Shown: in pieces, positions 27,851 to 37,827 of the stretch
How positions within the stretch are numbered: the stretch's first letter is position 1
How the letters are laid out: every line of letters starts with the position of its first letter
Assembly: GCA_963803805.1 (NCBI GenBank)
Contig: CAWDOD010000010.1
Coordinates: 320,001 to 384,000, forward strand
Direction of reading: 5' to 3'
DNA from: an uncultured cyanobacterium
GTDB taxonomy: Bacteria; Cyanobacteriota; Cyanobacteriia; Cyanobacteriales; CAWCAG01
DNA: 64,000 bases
The notes under the pieces: generated by a model
The model's database searches: none
What the model was told of the DNA's origin: nothing
What the model saw: only the letters and a program-made list of their open reading frames with translations
Made by a program: the position numbers and the translations under genes

Positions 27851-28357
27851 CTAAGAATTACTTGTAACCATCTTTTCGCATCGTTCCTTTAAAGCCTGAT
27901 TATAATCAAGATAACCTTGATAGCTAACACAATAAACCCCTCGCCAAGCTAAATAAGAAATAAGCAGCCCAGAGTTTTCATGTATTTGAATAAATCGAGT
28001 TTGCTGTTCACTAATTGCTTCAAAAATAAATGAGTGGCAAACAGTGAAAAGAAATGTTGCTCCAAAATGTCCTTGCCAAATAAAAGAATTAGGTCTATCA
28101 ATGGCTAAGAAATTAGCATTAAGCCAATGTTGTCCAAACTGTTTAAGGTTTTCTAAGAAGTGAATTTTTCCTCCAACCTGAAACTTGCCGCAAGCTTCAA
28201 TTACAAAGGGATTCCAATCTGAATAAGCTGCAAAGTCAGTGACTTGTTCCCAAACAAGCTGCTGCGGGGCATCAATTATAATTTGCGTTTTCCATCCTTT
28301 CATTAAGGATATTCTTTGTGAGATGTTTGTACTCTTTGAAGTCTGAAGCATTAGCAT
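27851..28357 (-). CDS. SRPBCC (polyketide cyclase/dehydrase-like) protein
   Basis: IIIDAP..LVW..VTDFAAYSDWNPF; YNQALKERCE. Confidence 0.8.
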   Translation of the reverse strand: MLMLQTSKSTNISQRISLMKGWKTQIIIDAPQQLVWEQVTDFAAYSDWNPFVIEACGKFQVGGKIHFLENLKQFGQHWLNANFLAIDRPNSFIWQGHFGATFLFTVCHSFIFEAISEQQTRFIQIHENSGLLISYLAWRGVYCVSYQGYLDYNQALKERCEKMVTSNS

Positions 28358-28465
28358 TAATAAAATCCTCTATTAATTACTAAATAAAATAAAAAGCAAT
28401 CGGGAAGAAGTAGAGAAGAGAAAAACCCCCCAATGAATTTTGTTTTTGAGTTGAGAATAAGTAAA

Positions 28466-28733
28466 ATGAAAAAGCATAATTATAAAATCACAGTTGAATG
28501 GACTGGAAATGAAGGAAACAGAATATATTGACAACGCAACTGGAATTATGGCAGAAATGAAAAGTGGAAGTGGAAAATTTATAGAGGTAACATTGAATCC
28601 CAAGGTTAAAATTACGGATGCAAAAATGATTGAAAAAGCGAATAAACTCCACATTGAAGCGAACAAGATGTGTTTTATAGCTAATTCTTGTAATTTTAAA
28701 ATTGGACACAATTCTCAAACAAAAGTGGAATAA
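28466..28733 (+). pseudogene. OsmC/Ohr-family gene remnant with internal deletion and frameshift
   Basis: ATG at 28466 gives MKKHNYKITVEWTGNEG then a stop; another frame gives TEYIDNATGIM..FIEVTLNPKV..AN.MCFIANS.NF; the central region is missing. Confidence 0.7.
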
Positions 28734-28814
28734 AAGCTGCTGTCAAAAACAACTTTAAGTATCTAATTAGAGAACTCCAATAAATAAAATATCCTCACAA
28801 AGATATAAGATTTT

Positions 28815-28909
28815 AGCAACTAGCCACTAGCCATTAGCAACTAGCCACTAGCAACTAGCCATTAGCCATTAGCAACTAGCAACTAGCAACTAGCAACTAG
28901 CAACTAGCC
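28815..28909. repeat. Heptamer STRR tract (TAGCAAC/TAGCCAC/TAGCCAT)n
   Basis: About 13 tandem heptamers read directly; similar short tracts near 22515, 25310, 27815 and 47615. Confidence 0.85.
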
Positions 28910-28967
28910 CACTTAATTTCATTTTAGATTTGCAAATAATTTGGGCTTAACCCCCAGAAAAATAAAA

Positions 28968-30383
28968 CTACTGCCAAGCTTGAAAAATCTCTTCAATTCT
29001 GGCGATCGCCTCCTCCGTAGCTTCTTCAATAGAAACCCCATCAACCAAAATACGCTTCAAGGCAACTCCCCAAACATTTTCATTTACCAAAGCGCTATAA
29101 GCAGGATTGCGGGCAGAATTTAGCAAATGAGTTTTTCCTGTTAAGATCGTTTTTGCTGCCCCAGAGATATGAGGATCTTGAGGATCTTGCCAAAAAGGAT
29201 CTTGCCTCGCTGCTGCCATAACTGGAAGATAGCGCCCTCCGGAAGCCTGGAGATACTCTTCTATAGTTTCCGGTTGGATTAAATAACTTAGAAAGTCCTT
29301 TGCTAGTTTTTGATTTTTACCTTTAGCAAAAATAAACGCCTGTCGTACAGCAGTTATGTGGCTAATAGCCTTACCGTTAGGCTGAAGGGGAAACTCCAAA
29401 ATACCGATTTTATTAACATAGGTTTCTCTATCTTGGCGCAAGGCAACAGGGATAGAAAGGGTAGGGTTAGGAGTCATAACTACCACCCGATTTAAGAAGT
29501 TGCGGTTATTATCTGGATCTAACCATTGCAAGGCTTGGGGTGGTATGTAACCCTGTTGGTAAAACTGAACATACCATTTTAAAATATTGGTAATACCTTG
29601 GCGTACTTCTGGTTGATTAACCAAAAGTTCCCCGGACTCGTTCATAATCTCGATATCGTAAGCTTCTAATATTTGTTCAAATAAATAATAAGTATCAGAA
29701 GCTGCAACAGATATAGGTAGTCCTAAACCATAAATATCTTGATATTTATCTTCTGATAAATTACGTAATTTATCCTGTACTTGAGTCCAAAATGCCCAAA
29801 AATTATTCCAAGTTTGGGGAATATCTTGAGGCTTAAAACCAGCCTCTGCTAATAAGTCTTGCCAATAAAAAATATGAATAGTCGCCTGATGCAAAGGGAC
29901 AGTATAATAGCTACGTTTGTCCTCAACTTTGTTATATAAATAAGCCGCTTCCAAAGCTACAGGGGCATATAGATCCTCAACCGGTTCAATAACCTCAGAA
30001 ACATCTCCTAACTTACCTTCCCAAGCGAGTAAAGGATACTCTGCACGGCTAGAGAAGAGAATATCTGGGGGCTTTCCTGCGTGATCGGCGCGATTGGCTT
30101 TTTGAGCAATTTCATCAGCATTATAGAAAGAAATTTCAGCTTGATATCCTGTTTTTTTCTGCCAATTTTCGATAACTTGTTGTAGGGCTTCATCTTCTTC
30201 GAGGATATAGCCTTTATCCCACCAGATATTAAGTACAGCACTTTCAGGAGGTGATTTGACAACAGAGTTAGAAGGTTCTTTTTGGCAGGCGAAAGTTATG
30301 CAGCCAAGAAAAAGAATCAAGCTATAGATTAGTAAGAAGGTAACAAATTTCCTGGAACTTTTTGAGTTAATCATATCACCCAA
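28968..30383 (-). CDS. ABC sugar-type extracellular solute-binding lipoprotein
   Basis: N-terminal hydrophobic stretch plus Cys; LNIWWDKGY, PPDIL, IPQTW..F, SIEEATEEAIARI. Confidence 0.85.
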   Translation of the reverse strand: MGDMINSKSSRKFVTFLLIYSLILFLGCITFACQKEPSNSVVKSPPESAVLNIWWDKGYILEEDEALQQVIENWQKKTGYQAEISFYNADEIAQKANRADHAGKPPDILFSSRAEYPLLAWEGKLGDVSEVIEPVEDLYAPVALEAAYLYNKVEDKRSYYTVPLHQATIHIFYWQDLLAEAGFKPQDIPQTWNNFWAFWTQVQDKLRNLSEDKYQDIYGLGLPISVAASDTYYLFEQILEAYDIEIMNESGELLVNQPEVRQGITNILKWYVQFYQQGYIPPQALQWLDPDNNRNFLNRVVVMTPNPTLSIPVALRQDRETYVNKIGILEFPLQPNGKAISHITAVRQAFIFAKGKNQKLAKDFLSYLIQPETIEEYLQASGGRYLPVMAAARQDPFWQDPQDPHISGAAKTILTGKTHLLNSARNPAYSALVNENVWGVALKRILVDGVSIEEATEEAIARIEEIFQAWQ

Positions 30384-30413
30384 TTTATAACTTTCCCATT
30401 ACCCATTACCCAT

Positions 30414-30523
30414 TAGACATCTCCGATAATTAAAAATCCAATCAATTCTCATACCGAAATTATCAATTCTTACCACTGTTCCCTGTTCCCCGTTCCCCGT
30501 TCCCTCTTTTCCGGAGATGTCTA
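30414..30523. mobile_element. MITE-like element with 12-bp terminal inverted repeats
   Basis: TAGACATCTCCG ... CGGAGATGTCTA, TA at both ends, internal (CTGTTCC/CCGTTCC)n, embedded in a heptamer tract. Confidence 0.65.
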
Positions 30524-30691
30524 TTACTTATTACTTACCCCTTACCCCTTACCTAGCCAAGCTCAACAAGCATCCTTTTATACCTGACCCTTGACCCCTA
30601 ATCCCCTTTTCTTTACAAAATATTGTTAGGGATGTTAACTTCGCGGCCACATTCGACCATAATAATCGGGAGTAGTTGAGGATTATTCTCC

Positions 30692-30943
30692 ATGCCAAGA
30701 ACTCCAGACGAATATGCAGTCTCTATCATGCTCCAGGGTGGACACAAAGAAGAAGTACGTTTTGCTACCATTCAAGAATTTCAAAAATGGTACAGTGGCG
30801 AACTTATGCCCAAAGCTAATGACACTAATTTTATCAGCGTCCCGATTAAAAATATTCAAGGAGAATATATGGTCATACGTCCTTCCAACGTAGCTGCCAT
30901 CAGGGTAGAACCAATTTTTGCCGGTAGCGTGGAACGCTTTTAA
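30692..30943 (+). CDS. Small hypothetical protein (83 aa) upstream of mltA
   Basis: ATG preceded by GAGG; protein-like composition; co-oriented 23 bp before mltA. Confidence 0.7.
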   Translation: MPRTPDEYAVSIMLQGGHKEEVRFATIQEFQKWYSGELMPKANDTNFISVPIKNIQGEYMVIRPSNVAAIRVEPIFAGSVERF

Positions 30944-30966
30944 AAAGAATGCGGTCACAAGAAAGT

Positions 30967-32127
30967 ATGAAGAGAACAATCACATTACTATCATTAAGCT
31001 TAGGGCTTACCTGCTTAGTTCCCAGCTTACCAGTTAAAGCTCAGTTGACTCCTATTGATCTCCAAACATCAGGAGAAGAATTGGGGGTGGATGAGCAACT
31101 CTGGAGTAAGTTTGGGCAACCAGGGGATAAATATGCCCTCGTTCGTTCCATCGATAACAGCCTTCGCTACTTAAATACTCCTAGTGCTGCGGAAGCTTAC
31201 AAAAACTATCCTGTTCCTGGTGTTACCCTAGATAGGGTACGTCGCTCTTTGCAGCGTTTTCGACATCTCTTACTTTCTTACCGCACCCCTGAAGGATTTC
31301 AAACTGCGGTGGAGCGGGAATTTGTCTTCTATAAGTCTATAGGCAGGCCTAGTGATGGTGAGGTCTTGTTTACAGCTTATTATGAGCCGATTTACTATGG
31401 TAGTCGTGTTAGAACAGAAGAATATCGCTATCCCCTCTATCGCAAGCCAACTAACTTTGATAAGTGGGAAAAGCCCCATTTTACCCGTGAACAAATCGAA
31501 GGAAAAGATGGCTTATTAGGTGATAGTAGCCCCTTAAAGGGTTACGAAATAGTTTGGTTAAAAGACCGTCTCGAAGCTTTCTTAGTCCAAATCCAAGGTT
31601 CTGCTAATCTTCAATTAACCGATGGTACTACCATGACTGTTGGTTACGATGGGGGAACTGATTATCCTTATACCAGTATTGGTAAAGAATTAATCAAAGA
31701 TAGCATTCTACCTAGTGATGGGTTAACTTTACCTGTACTAATTGAATATTTCCGCAATAATCCCCAGCAATTAAGCGAATATATTCCTCGCAATAACCGC
31801 TTTGTTTTTATACGAGAAACCAACGGAGCTTCTGCTAGGGGAAGTATCGGAGTTCCCGTTACTCCAGAACGCTCTATAGCCACAGATAAAGCTGTAATGC
31901 CCCCTGGAGCCTTAGCTTTAGTTCGCACCCGCATTCCCTATTATACTCCTGAAGGGGTTTTAATTACCCCGGAGGTAAGTCGCTATGCCCTTGATCAAGA
32001 CACTGGTAGCGCTATCAAAACTCCAGGTAGAGTGGATCTATTTTTAGGTACGGGACCAGTCGCCGGCGATCGCGCGGGGATTGTAGGTTGGAAAGGTTCC
32101 CTTTACTATCCGTTATTAAAAAATTAG
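30967..32127 (+). CDS. mltA: Membrane-bound lytic murein transglycosylase A
   Basis: FTAYYEP, QIQGS, YTSIGKELI, SIATD, DQDTGSAIK.PGRVDLFLGTG (3D domain). Confidence 0.92.
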   Translation: MKRTITLLSLSLGLTCLVPSLPVKAQLTPIDLQTSGEELGVDEQLWSKFGQPGDKYALVRSIDNSLRYLNTPSAAEAYKNYPVPGVTLDRVRRSLQRFRHLLLSYRTPEGFQTAVEREFVFYKSIGRPSDGEVLFTAYYEPIYYGSRVRTEEYRYPLYRKPTNFDKWEKPHFTREQIEGKDGLLGDSSPLKGYEIVWLKDRLEAFLVQIQGSANLQLTDGTTMTVGYDGGTDYPYTSIGKELIKDSILPSDGLTLPVLIEYFRNNPQQLSEYIPRNNRFVFIRETNGASARGSIGVPVTPERSIATDKAVMPPGALALVRTRIPYYTPEGVLITPEVSRYALDQDTGSAIKTPGRVDLFLGTGPVAGDRAGIVGWKGSLYYPLLKN

Positions 32128-32161
32128 GCAAACATTTAAGCCTTCTGATTATACTTAAATG

Positions 32162-32199
32162 AAAGAGGTTGAGTTAATTGGTTCAAACTCAACCTCTTT
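32162..32199. terminator. Bidirectional intrinsic terminator
   Basis: AAAGAGGTTGAGTT...AACTCAACCTCTTT between convergent genes. Confidence 0.75.
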
Positions 32200-32242
32200 A
32201 TTTGTAAGCATATATGTACTAACAAGAATCTATACCAAGTAA

Positions 32243-32983
32243 TTACTTTGTTTCTTTTCTACTACCTTTACCCAAAGAAGTTGCTCCAAACAAACCAACA
32301 GCAAGAAGACTTAATATGGTAGTGGGTTCAGGAACTTCTTGATTAACGAGGTTGAAGTCTACTCCATCTCCTGTGCCTTTTTCCTTGTCATGACCCAACT
32401 TGAGGGTGATGGAACTAATATCAAAGAAAGTCTGACTAACAATGTTGCTATCTTTACCTTTTGCTACCCAATCAGGACTAGCTAAGTTAACACCATTGAT
32501 AGCAATCACACCAGTAGTATTACTTGACTCGGTATCAAAGAAATCTACAGTTAACTCTTTTAATATTTCAGTAAAAGTAAAAGTAAAAGTTCCTACTTCA
32601 AGTTGGCCTTTTTCTTCTGCTGAACCTGTAGCCTCATTATGTTCCGAAGGGCGGAACCAAAAATCAATAGGGTTAGTCCCAGCATCTTTGGTTTTAAATT
32701 TGATCGCATTTGCGCCGCTACCGTAGGTGTTTGCTGTAGCTAAATTATCAACAAAGAGGCGACTTCTATTACCTGTGGTGCTATCAGTGAGGGATTCGAT
32801 GCTTTGAATAAAAGGTATATCACTAGCTTCAATGCACTTGTTAGGATCTAAATCTATGCAACCAAGACCAACATTAATTTCTCCTTCTTTTTGAGGAACA
32901 AGGCTTCCAGCAGAAGCACTAGAGGAGAAAGTTGCGATTGTAGCAGTAGTAGCTATGAGGCTGATTAAGAGTTGACGTTTCAT
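32243..32983 (-). CDS. PEP-CTERM exosortase substrate (LEVG-type)
   Basis: Signal peptide, GQLEVG motif, C-terminal VPEP + TM helix + basic tail. Confidence 0.85.
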   Translation of the reverse strand: MKRQLLISLIATTATIATFSSSASAGSLVPQKEGEINVGLGCIDLDPNKCIEASDIPFIQSIESLTDSTTGNRSRLFVDNLATANTYGSGANAIKFKTKDAGTNPIDFWFRPSEHNEATGSAEEKGQLEVGTFTFTFTEILKELTVDFFDTESSNTTGVIAINGVNLASPDWVAKGKDSNIVSQTFFDISSITLKLGHDKEKGTGDGVDFNLVNQEVPEPTTILSLLAVGLFGATSLGKGSRKETK

Positions 32984-33233
32984 AATGCTTAACTGATATT
33001 ACTTAGTTGGTTAATAACATTATGGACTAACTTATATAAAGTTGGTATAAAGACTGATGCAAGTTTTATGAAGATTGCGTAAATATTTCAGTAATCCTTG
33101 GAAAAAAGAGATATTTCTTTTGGGAATTACACAAAAACCCCGGAAATAAAGGCTTTAAGCACAGGAATTACGTAAGTATTGCTGCAAGCAAAATGTAAGT
33201 ACTTAGGCAAAGTTGATTTAACGTTTTGTTAGG

Positions 33234-33410
33234 TCAGGGGTCAGGGGATAGGAAACAGCTAATATAGAAGTGATCGCTGCTAAGGTTGCCGGCAAAGTAT
33301 TCTGCTAACATCCCGCCAAGTTCCTCAAGCTCTTGCGGTTTAAATATATTAATAGCATTTGCGATCGCCATTAGAGCCTGTTTTTCATCGGGTCTAGCAA
33401 GTCGAATCAT
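33234..33410 (-). pseudogene. Truncated GNAT acetyltransferase N-terminus
   Basis: MIRLARPDE..ALMAIA..I..F...ELEEL..ML.EYF.....DHF, then an early stop with no acetyl-CoA motif. Confidence 0.5.
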
Positions 33411-33480
33411 GAGCAACTCCTATTCTGTATGCTAAGTTAAGGTAATGTGTATTCCTTCCCTTACACATTACTATTGAAGC

Positions 33481-34491
33481 ATGAACGACTTACAGTTCAA
33501 TAGAGCTTTTGAGGCGTTGACACCGCGACGCAAAGAGGTATTAAAGCTATTGTTGGCTGGAGTTCCTGACTTAAAAATTGCTCAATCTCTACATATAGCA
33601 GAATCAACTGTTAGAAAGCATATAGAAAAGATTTGTCTTTCTTTCCATATATATAATGAATTTCCTGATGAACGGCGTTCTAAACGCCCAGAATTAATTG
33701 CTTTATTTGTTAAGCACAAACCAGAATTGGTAGTTAATAACGCCTCTACTATCGGGACAAAGGAGTTATCTAACTTAATAATAGAAGAACCTGAACAACT
33801 TTCTCTTTATAACCGCGAAGTCTTCATTCTTATTGATCAAAGCGGTTCAATGGTAAGGAAAGATGGTGATACAGGGACTCAAACTCGCTATGAATATTTA
33901 GCTGAAGTAGTTGAAGGTCATATTAGCCGTATTTTATCTCCCCAAGGTTCGGAACAGAAAATTTGCGATCGCCTTTGGGTTTATTTTTTTAGTCGTAAGA
34001 AAACTCCTCCAACTCCTACCACCATAGCTGATGCCTCAGAAGTATGGCGATTATTTATTGATAATCAACCCAAAACCAAAACTTTTATTAGCCCTACCCT
34101 AAACCATTGTCTTGATTCTTGGTTAAGCGCAGGGAAAAAAGTTCATAAAGGTGCTTTTTTTATTATCTATACCGATGGCGAATTTGATGATGAAGCAGAA
34201 TTTATTGACTGCATTGCTTCTGCTTGTGCCAAAATCAAACATCACCAAGAAGTGAAGTTTTTTGTTTTAGGTTTAGGAGAAGATGTTAATATTAAGCATT
34301 TTCTAAACTTGGATTTTAATGTCAACCAAACTATGCCCTTTAACATTTTTGTCTTCGATTTAGTTAATGAAGTTGATGATATTATCGAACTACTATCACG
34401 GCAGTTAATTGATACTCCCCATCTTGCTTTTCCTAATTGGGTAAAAACTCGTTATCCAGAATTTGTCGAGAAAGTTCTAGAAACGAAATAA
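33481..34491 (+). CDS. LuxR-type HTH fused to a vWA domain
   Basis: LTPRRKEVLKLLLAG..D..IAQSLHIAESTVRKH (HTH); MIDAS DQSGS and YTDG. Confidence 0.8.
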   Translation: MNDLQFNRAFEALTPRRKEVLKLLLAGVPDLKIAQSLHIAESTVRKHIEKICLSFHIYNEFPDERRSKRPELIALFVKHKPELVVNNASTIGTKELSNLIIEEPEQLSLYNREVFILIDQSGSMVRKDGDTGTQTRYEYLAEVVEGHISRILSPQGSEQKICDRLWVYFFSRKKTPPTPTTIADASEVWRLFIDNQPKTKTFISPTLNHCLDSWLSAGKKVHKGAFFIIYTDGEFDDEAEFIDCIASACAKIKHHQEVKFFVLGLGEDVNIKHFLNLDFNVNQTMPFNIFVFDLVNEVDDIIELLSRQLIDTPHLAFPNWVKTRYPEFVEKVLETK

Positions 34492-34588
34492 TATATTTTT
34501 TCTTTCGTTATCTCGAAAGTACACCAATTGAGGTAAAACCTAAAGGGTAAATATCAATAGTTTTAGAACTTTAATTCAATATGTTCGC

Positions 34589-36079
34589 TCAATTCTTACA
34601 ACTGTGCAAACGGCTTAAAAGTAAAACAATTTCGTCAATTGCTTCTCTTTGGCTAGCTACTGGTTGGTCAGATTGATTAATTAAAATGCTAAAAACTAGA
34701 GGTGGAAAATAATCTGATTCTAAGTAACCAGAAAGTGCGGAAGTGCCTGTTACCGTACCTGTTTTAGCCCGAAGATGTCCCTGTAAAGGGGTATTTTGAA
34801 AACGACGAAGTAAAGTACCATTAACCCCAGCTAAAGGTAAGGAATTACGATAAATTTCTCCCAGAGGAGTAAGTGCGATCGCCCTTAAAGTTTGTACAAT
34901 AGCTTGGGGGCTAACTAAGTTATGGCGAGATAAACCAGAACCATCTTTTAAAACATAACCTGCACTATCAACTCCCAAGGCAGTTAAACTAGATTCTGTT
35001 GCAGCAATACCGGAACTATTTTTCTCAACTCCAAGGGTACGTAACAATGCTTCTGCATATAAATTGTTACTAGGTTGATTGGTATCTGTAATTAAAACTT
35101 CTAGGGGAGGAGATTCTATTACTGCTATTTCTTCACCTAACGATGAGGTTTCAGGAGTGTTTGTCACGATGCTGTTTTTCACTTCAATCCCTTCTAAAAC
35201 CAGGGCAGTCCTCAAACTTGCTAAAAAGTATTCAGCAGGGTTACGAATCGCTAAACCCCAAATATCTGCCCCCTCATCGGCAGCTAATTCCCCTGCAATT
35301 TTAAGTGTCCTTTCTCCTAACACCCCACCAATAGTTACCCCATAGGGAGTCCCTTCTGCTGCGGTTATAGCAGTATTTTCAACTTGCCACTGTCTTGCGG
35401 CGATGGAGTTACTCCAAGTTACTTGTACTGGTTGTCCTAATTCTTGGGGTAGCAGGGTAAGTACCACCGCATTTTCATCTAAAATTAAACTATTAACCGC
35501 CGTACCATAATAAGCATAAACATCTTCCCATTCCCAACTGGCTAAAATTGGTGATTCGGAAAAATAGCCATCTTGGACAACTAACTGTTCTATTTCCTGA
35601 ACTCCTTCATTTTTAAGCTGTTGTGCAACCTCCCTTAAATCTGCTGTGGTTAAACTCGGATCTCCTTTACCCAAAACCCTTAAAGTACTTAAGTTAGGAA
35701 CTATTCCAGTAGCATAAAAAGGAGTACGGATGGAAAAATCGGCTCCTAGTTGAGTTAAAATTGCCGCAGTGGTTAATAATTTAGTATTGGATGCGGGGAT
35801 AAAATGGCGTTCAGCAGCTAAAGCATAGAGGGTTTCTTGGGTATCTAAGGTTTGTACCAAAATTCCCCAGCGAGAACGACGCAGGTTAGGGTGATTAATA
35901 ATTTCTTCAATGGCAGGTTCTAAATCTGCTATACAAACAGAGGCATCTTTTGTTTCTGCAACTGTTGTTAAAGAAGTTTGGGCAAAAGTTTTCTCTTGCC
36001 TAACTCCTATTTGTACTCCTAACCAAATTAAAATTAAACTAAGAGACTTTCCTAAACGATATTGTTGCTGCTTTTTCAT
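34589..36079 (-). CDS. dacB: D-Ala-D-Ala carboxypeptidase/endopeptidase PBP4 (S13)
   Basis: PASNTK (SxxK), SNN (SxN), DGSGLSR, KTG. Confidence 0.93.
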   Translation of the reverse strand: MKKQQQYRLGKSLSLILIWLGVQIGVRQEKTFAQTSLTTVAETKDASVCIADLEPAIEEIINHPNLRRSRWGILVQTLDTQETLYALAAERHFIPASNTKLLTTAAILTQLGADFSIRTPFYATGIVPNLSTLRVLGKGDPSLTTADLREVAQQLKNEGVQEIEQLVVQDGYFSESPILASWEWEDVYAYYGTAVNSLILDENAVVLTLLPQELGQPVQVTWSNSIAARQWQVENTAITAAEGTPYGVTIGGVLGERTLKIAGELAADEGADIWGLAIRNPAEYFLASLRTALVLEGIEVKNSIVTNTPETSSLGEEIAVIESPPLEVLITDTNQPSNNLYAEALLRTLGVEKNSSGIAATESSLTALGVDSAGYVLKDGSGLSRHNLVSPQAIVQTLRAIALTPLGEIYRNSLPLAGVNGTLLRRFQNTPLQGHLRAKTGTVTGTSALSGYLESDYFPPLVFSILINQSDQPVASQREAIDEIVLLLSRLHSCKN

Positions 36080-36129
36080 TGAATACTAAGAATTATACTG
36101 AAATCAATGAGTCTTAGCTTAAATGTTAA

Positions 36130-36528
36130 ATGTTGAATCCTCGTTTCCTCAGCCTAATTTCCCTTTTAATTATCACCCCTCTTGGCTTCTTTTCCAAGGC
36201 TTACAATGGCCCCGGACAAGTCTGGTTTAACCAAAACTTAGGAGGACTATTATACGAAATCTTCTGGTGTTTATTTTTCTTCTGCTTCATACCTAGTAAA
36301 AAAGCTATTCAACAAATTCCCCTTGGGGTTTTCTTCTTTACCTGCATCTTAGAATTAATGCAACTATGGAGAAATCCGGCGGTAATAGAAATTAGATCTA
36401 CTTTATTTGGCCGCTTGTTTTTAGGGACAACTTTCTCCTGGCTAGATTTTCCCCATTATCTTCTTGGTTGTTTCATAGGGTGGTTATGGCTGAAATTAAT
36501 TTGGAAACACAGCTCAATAGAGACATAA
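36130..36528 (+). CDS. DUF2809-like membrane protein
   Basis: Hydrophobic; ELMQLW, RLFLGTTFSWLDFPHY. Confidence 0.7.
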   Translation: MLNPRFLSLISLLIITPLGFFSKAYNGPGQVWFNQNLGGLLYEIFWCLFFFCFIPSKKAIQQIPLGVFFFTCILELMQLWRNPAVIEIRSTLFGRLFLGTTFSWLDFPHYLLGCFIGWLWLKLIWKHSSIET

Positions 36529-36753
36529 CAGTAACAGCAAGCTCAACAATGATTCATGTTTAATCTTCAATGTAAAGATGGTATAACTTAATGTTCAATT
36601 TTAATAGTCAATAAACAAACATCAAAGCAAACATAGCTATTTGTATAATGGGTTAGGGGTTTTAGCTTACTAAAAAAAGAAAAATTGTTAGTAAAAGCAA
36701 TCATACTAATAACACTGCCCTCTATTTACAAACGTATCTAAAGGCAAACCAGG

Positions 36754-37542
36754 ATGACTATCAGCCAAGAAATTACTTCTTTGAGCCTCAAGCAAGGATG
36801 GAAAGAAATGCTCAATTTGCTACCTGAAGAAGCAAGAAAATGGTCAGAAAGTCTGCCTTGGGATCAAAGGCGTTGTTTACTATCTTTGTGTCATCTTTTA
36901 TGTGCTGCGAACCCTAAGACTCAAGCGGAATTCCTTGACAACTATACTGCTGATGGACTTATTTATAAAATTATCCATAATAAAAATACAAAAATTAAAG
37001 TACAAAAATATTTAGAAAATTTCCGTGTCGATTCAGAATTAAGCGAAGACACAATTAAAAAATATATTAGGTTATTTTACTTTCATTCAGCCCAAGATAT
37101 TCGTCACAATCCTGACCAATACTTAGAGTCAGCCCTACGCTTTGTTTTAAGCCCTAGTAAGCAAAGTCGCGTTCTACATTATATTTTGGGTTTTGAGTTA
37201 ATTAAAATGCTTTTTCAAATGAGCTGGCTGCAACACGAAAGACTTTATCGCCTGCAACGCAATCAAGAATTTTTCTTCAAGACGTACATCAAACCAGTAC
37301 AAAATGCTCACCGCCTCAATGGTTTAATTAATCCCAAAGACGAAAATATTTTCTTTTCTAAACGAAGTTATTTTATTAGAAAACCTGCCTTAAGCGAGAA
37401 GAAAGCTGTTGAGTTAGTTATGGCTAGTTTTACTACTCAAACTTTAGCTGATTTAGGTTTTGAAATTATCAGAAATCTTAACTACTTGTTTTTCGACTAC
37501 GATTATATTTTTCAGCCGGAACAAGAAACGATTTTTAGTTAA
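36754..37542 (+). CDS. Hypothetical protein (262 aa)
   Basis: Long ORF with ATG preceded by AGG; no catalytic motif recognised. Confidence 0.7.
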   Translation: MTISQEITSLSLKQGWKEMLNLLPEEARKWSESLPWDQRRCLLSLCHLLCAANPKTQAEFLDNYTADGLIYKIIHNKNTKIKVQKYLENFRVDSELSEDTIKKYIRLFYFHSAQDIRHNPDQYLESALRFVLSPSKQSRVLHYILGFELIKMLFQMSWLQHERLYRLQRNQEFFFKTYIKPVQNAHRLNGLINPKDENIFFSKRSYFIRKPALSEKKAVELVMASFTTQTLADLGFEIIRNLNYLFFDYDYIFQPEQETIFS

Positions 37543-37827
37543 TACCACTTTTTTAGCTGTGTCGAAAATACATTGATTGGGATAAAGGGTAAGGAACGAT
37601 TAGCAATCGTTTCAGAAGCAGTGAGGGGACTCCTAGACCAGCGAAAAACGCTTATATCGGGAATAATAGACCTATTTGTTGTAAAAATTCCTTGAGGGTT
37701 GAGGTTTTGCTGATAGCCTGGGTCATGATTAGACTCTAAAATAAAACAACTCTCTGGCTAATTCGCTAGCATCAGCGTAGAAATTTGTGTACATTATACG
37801 GTTGAATCTCACCAACCGGAGCAATGA

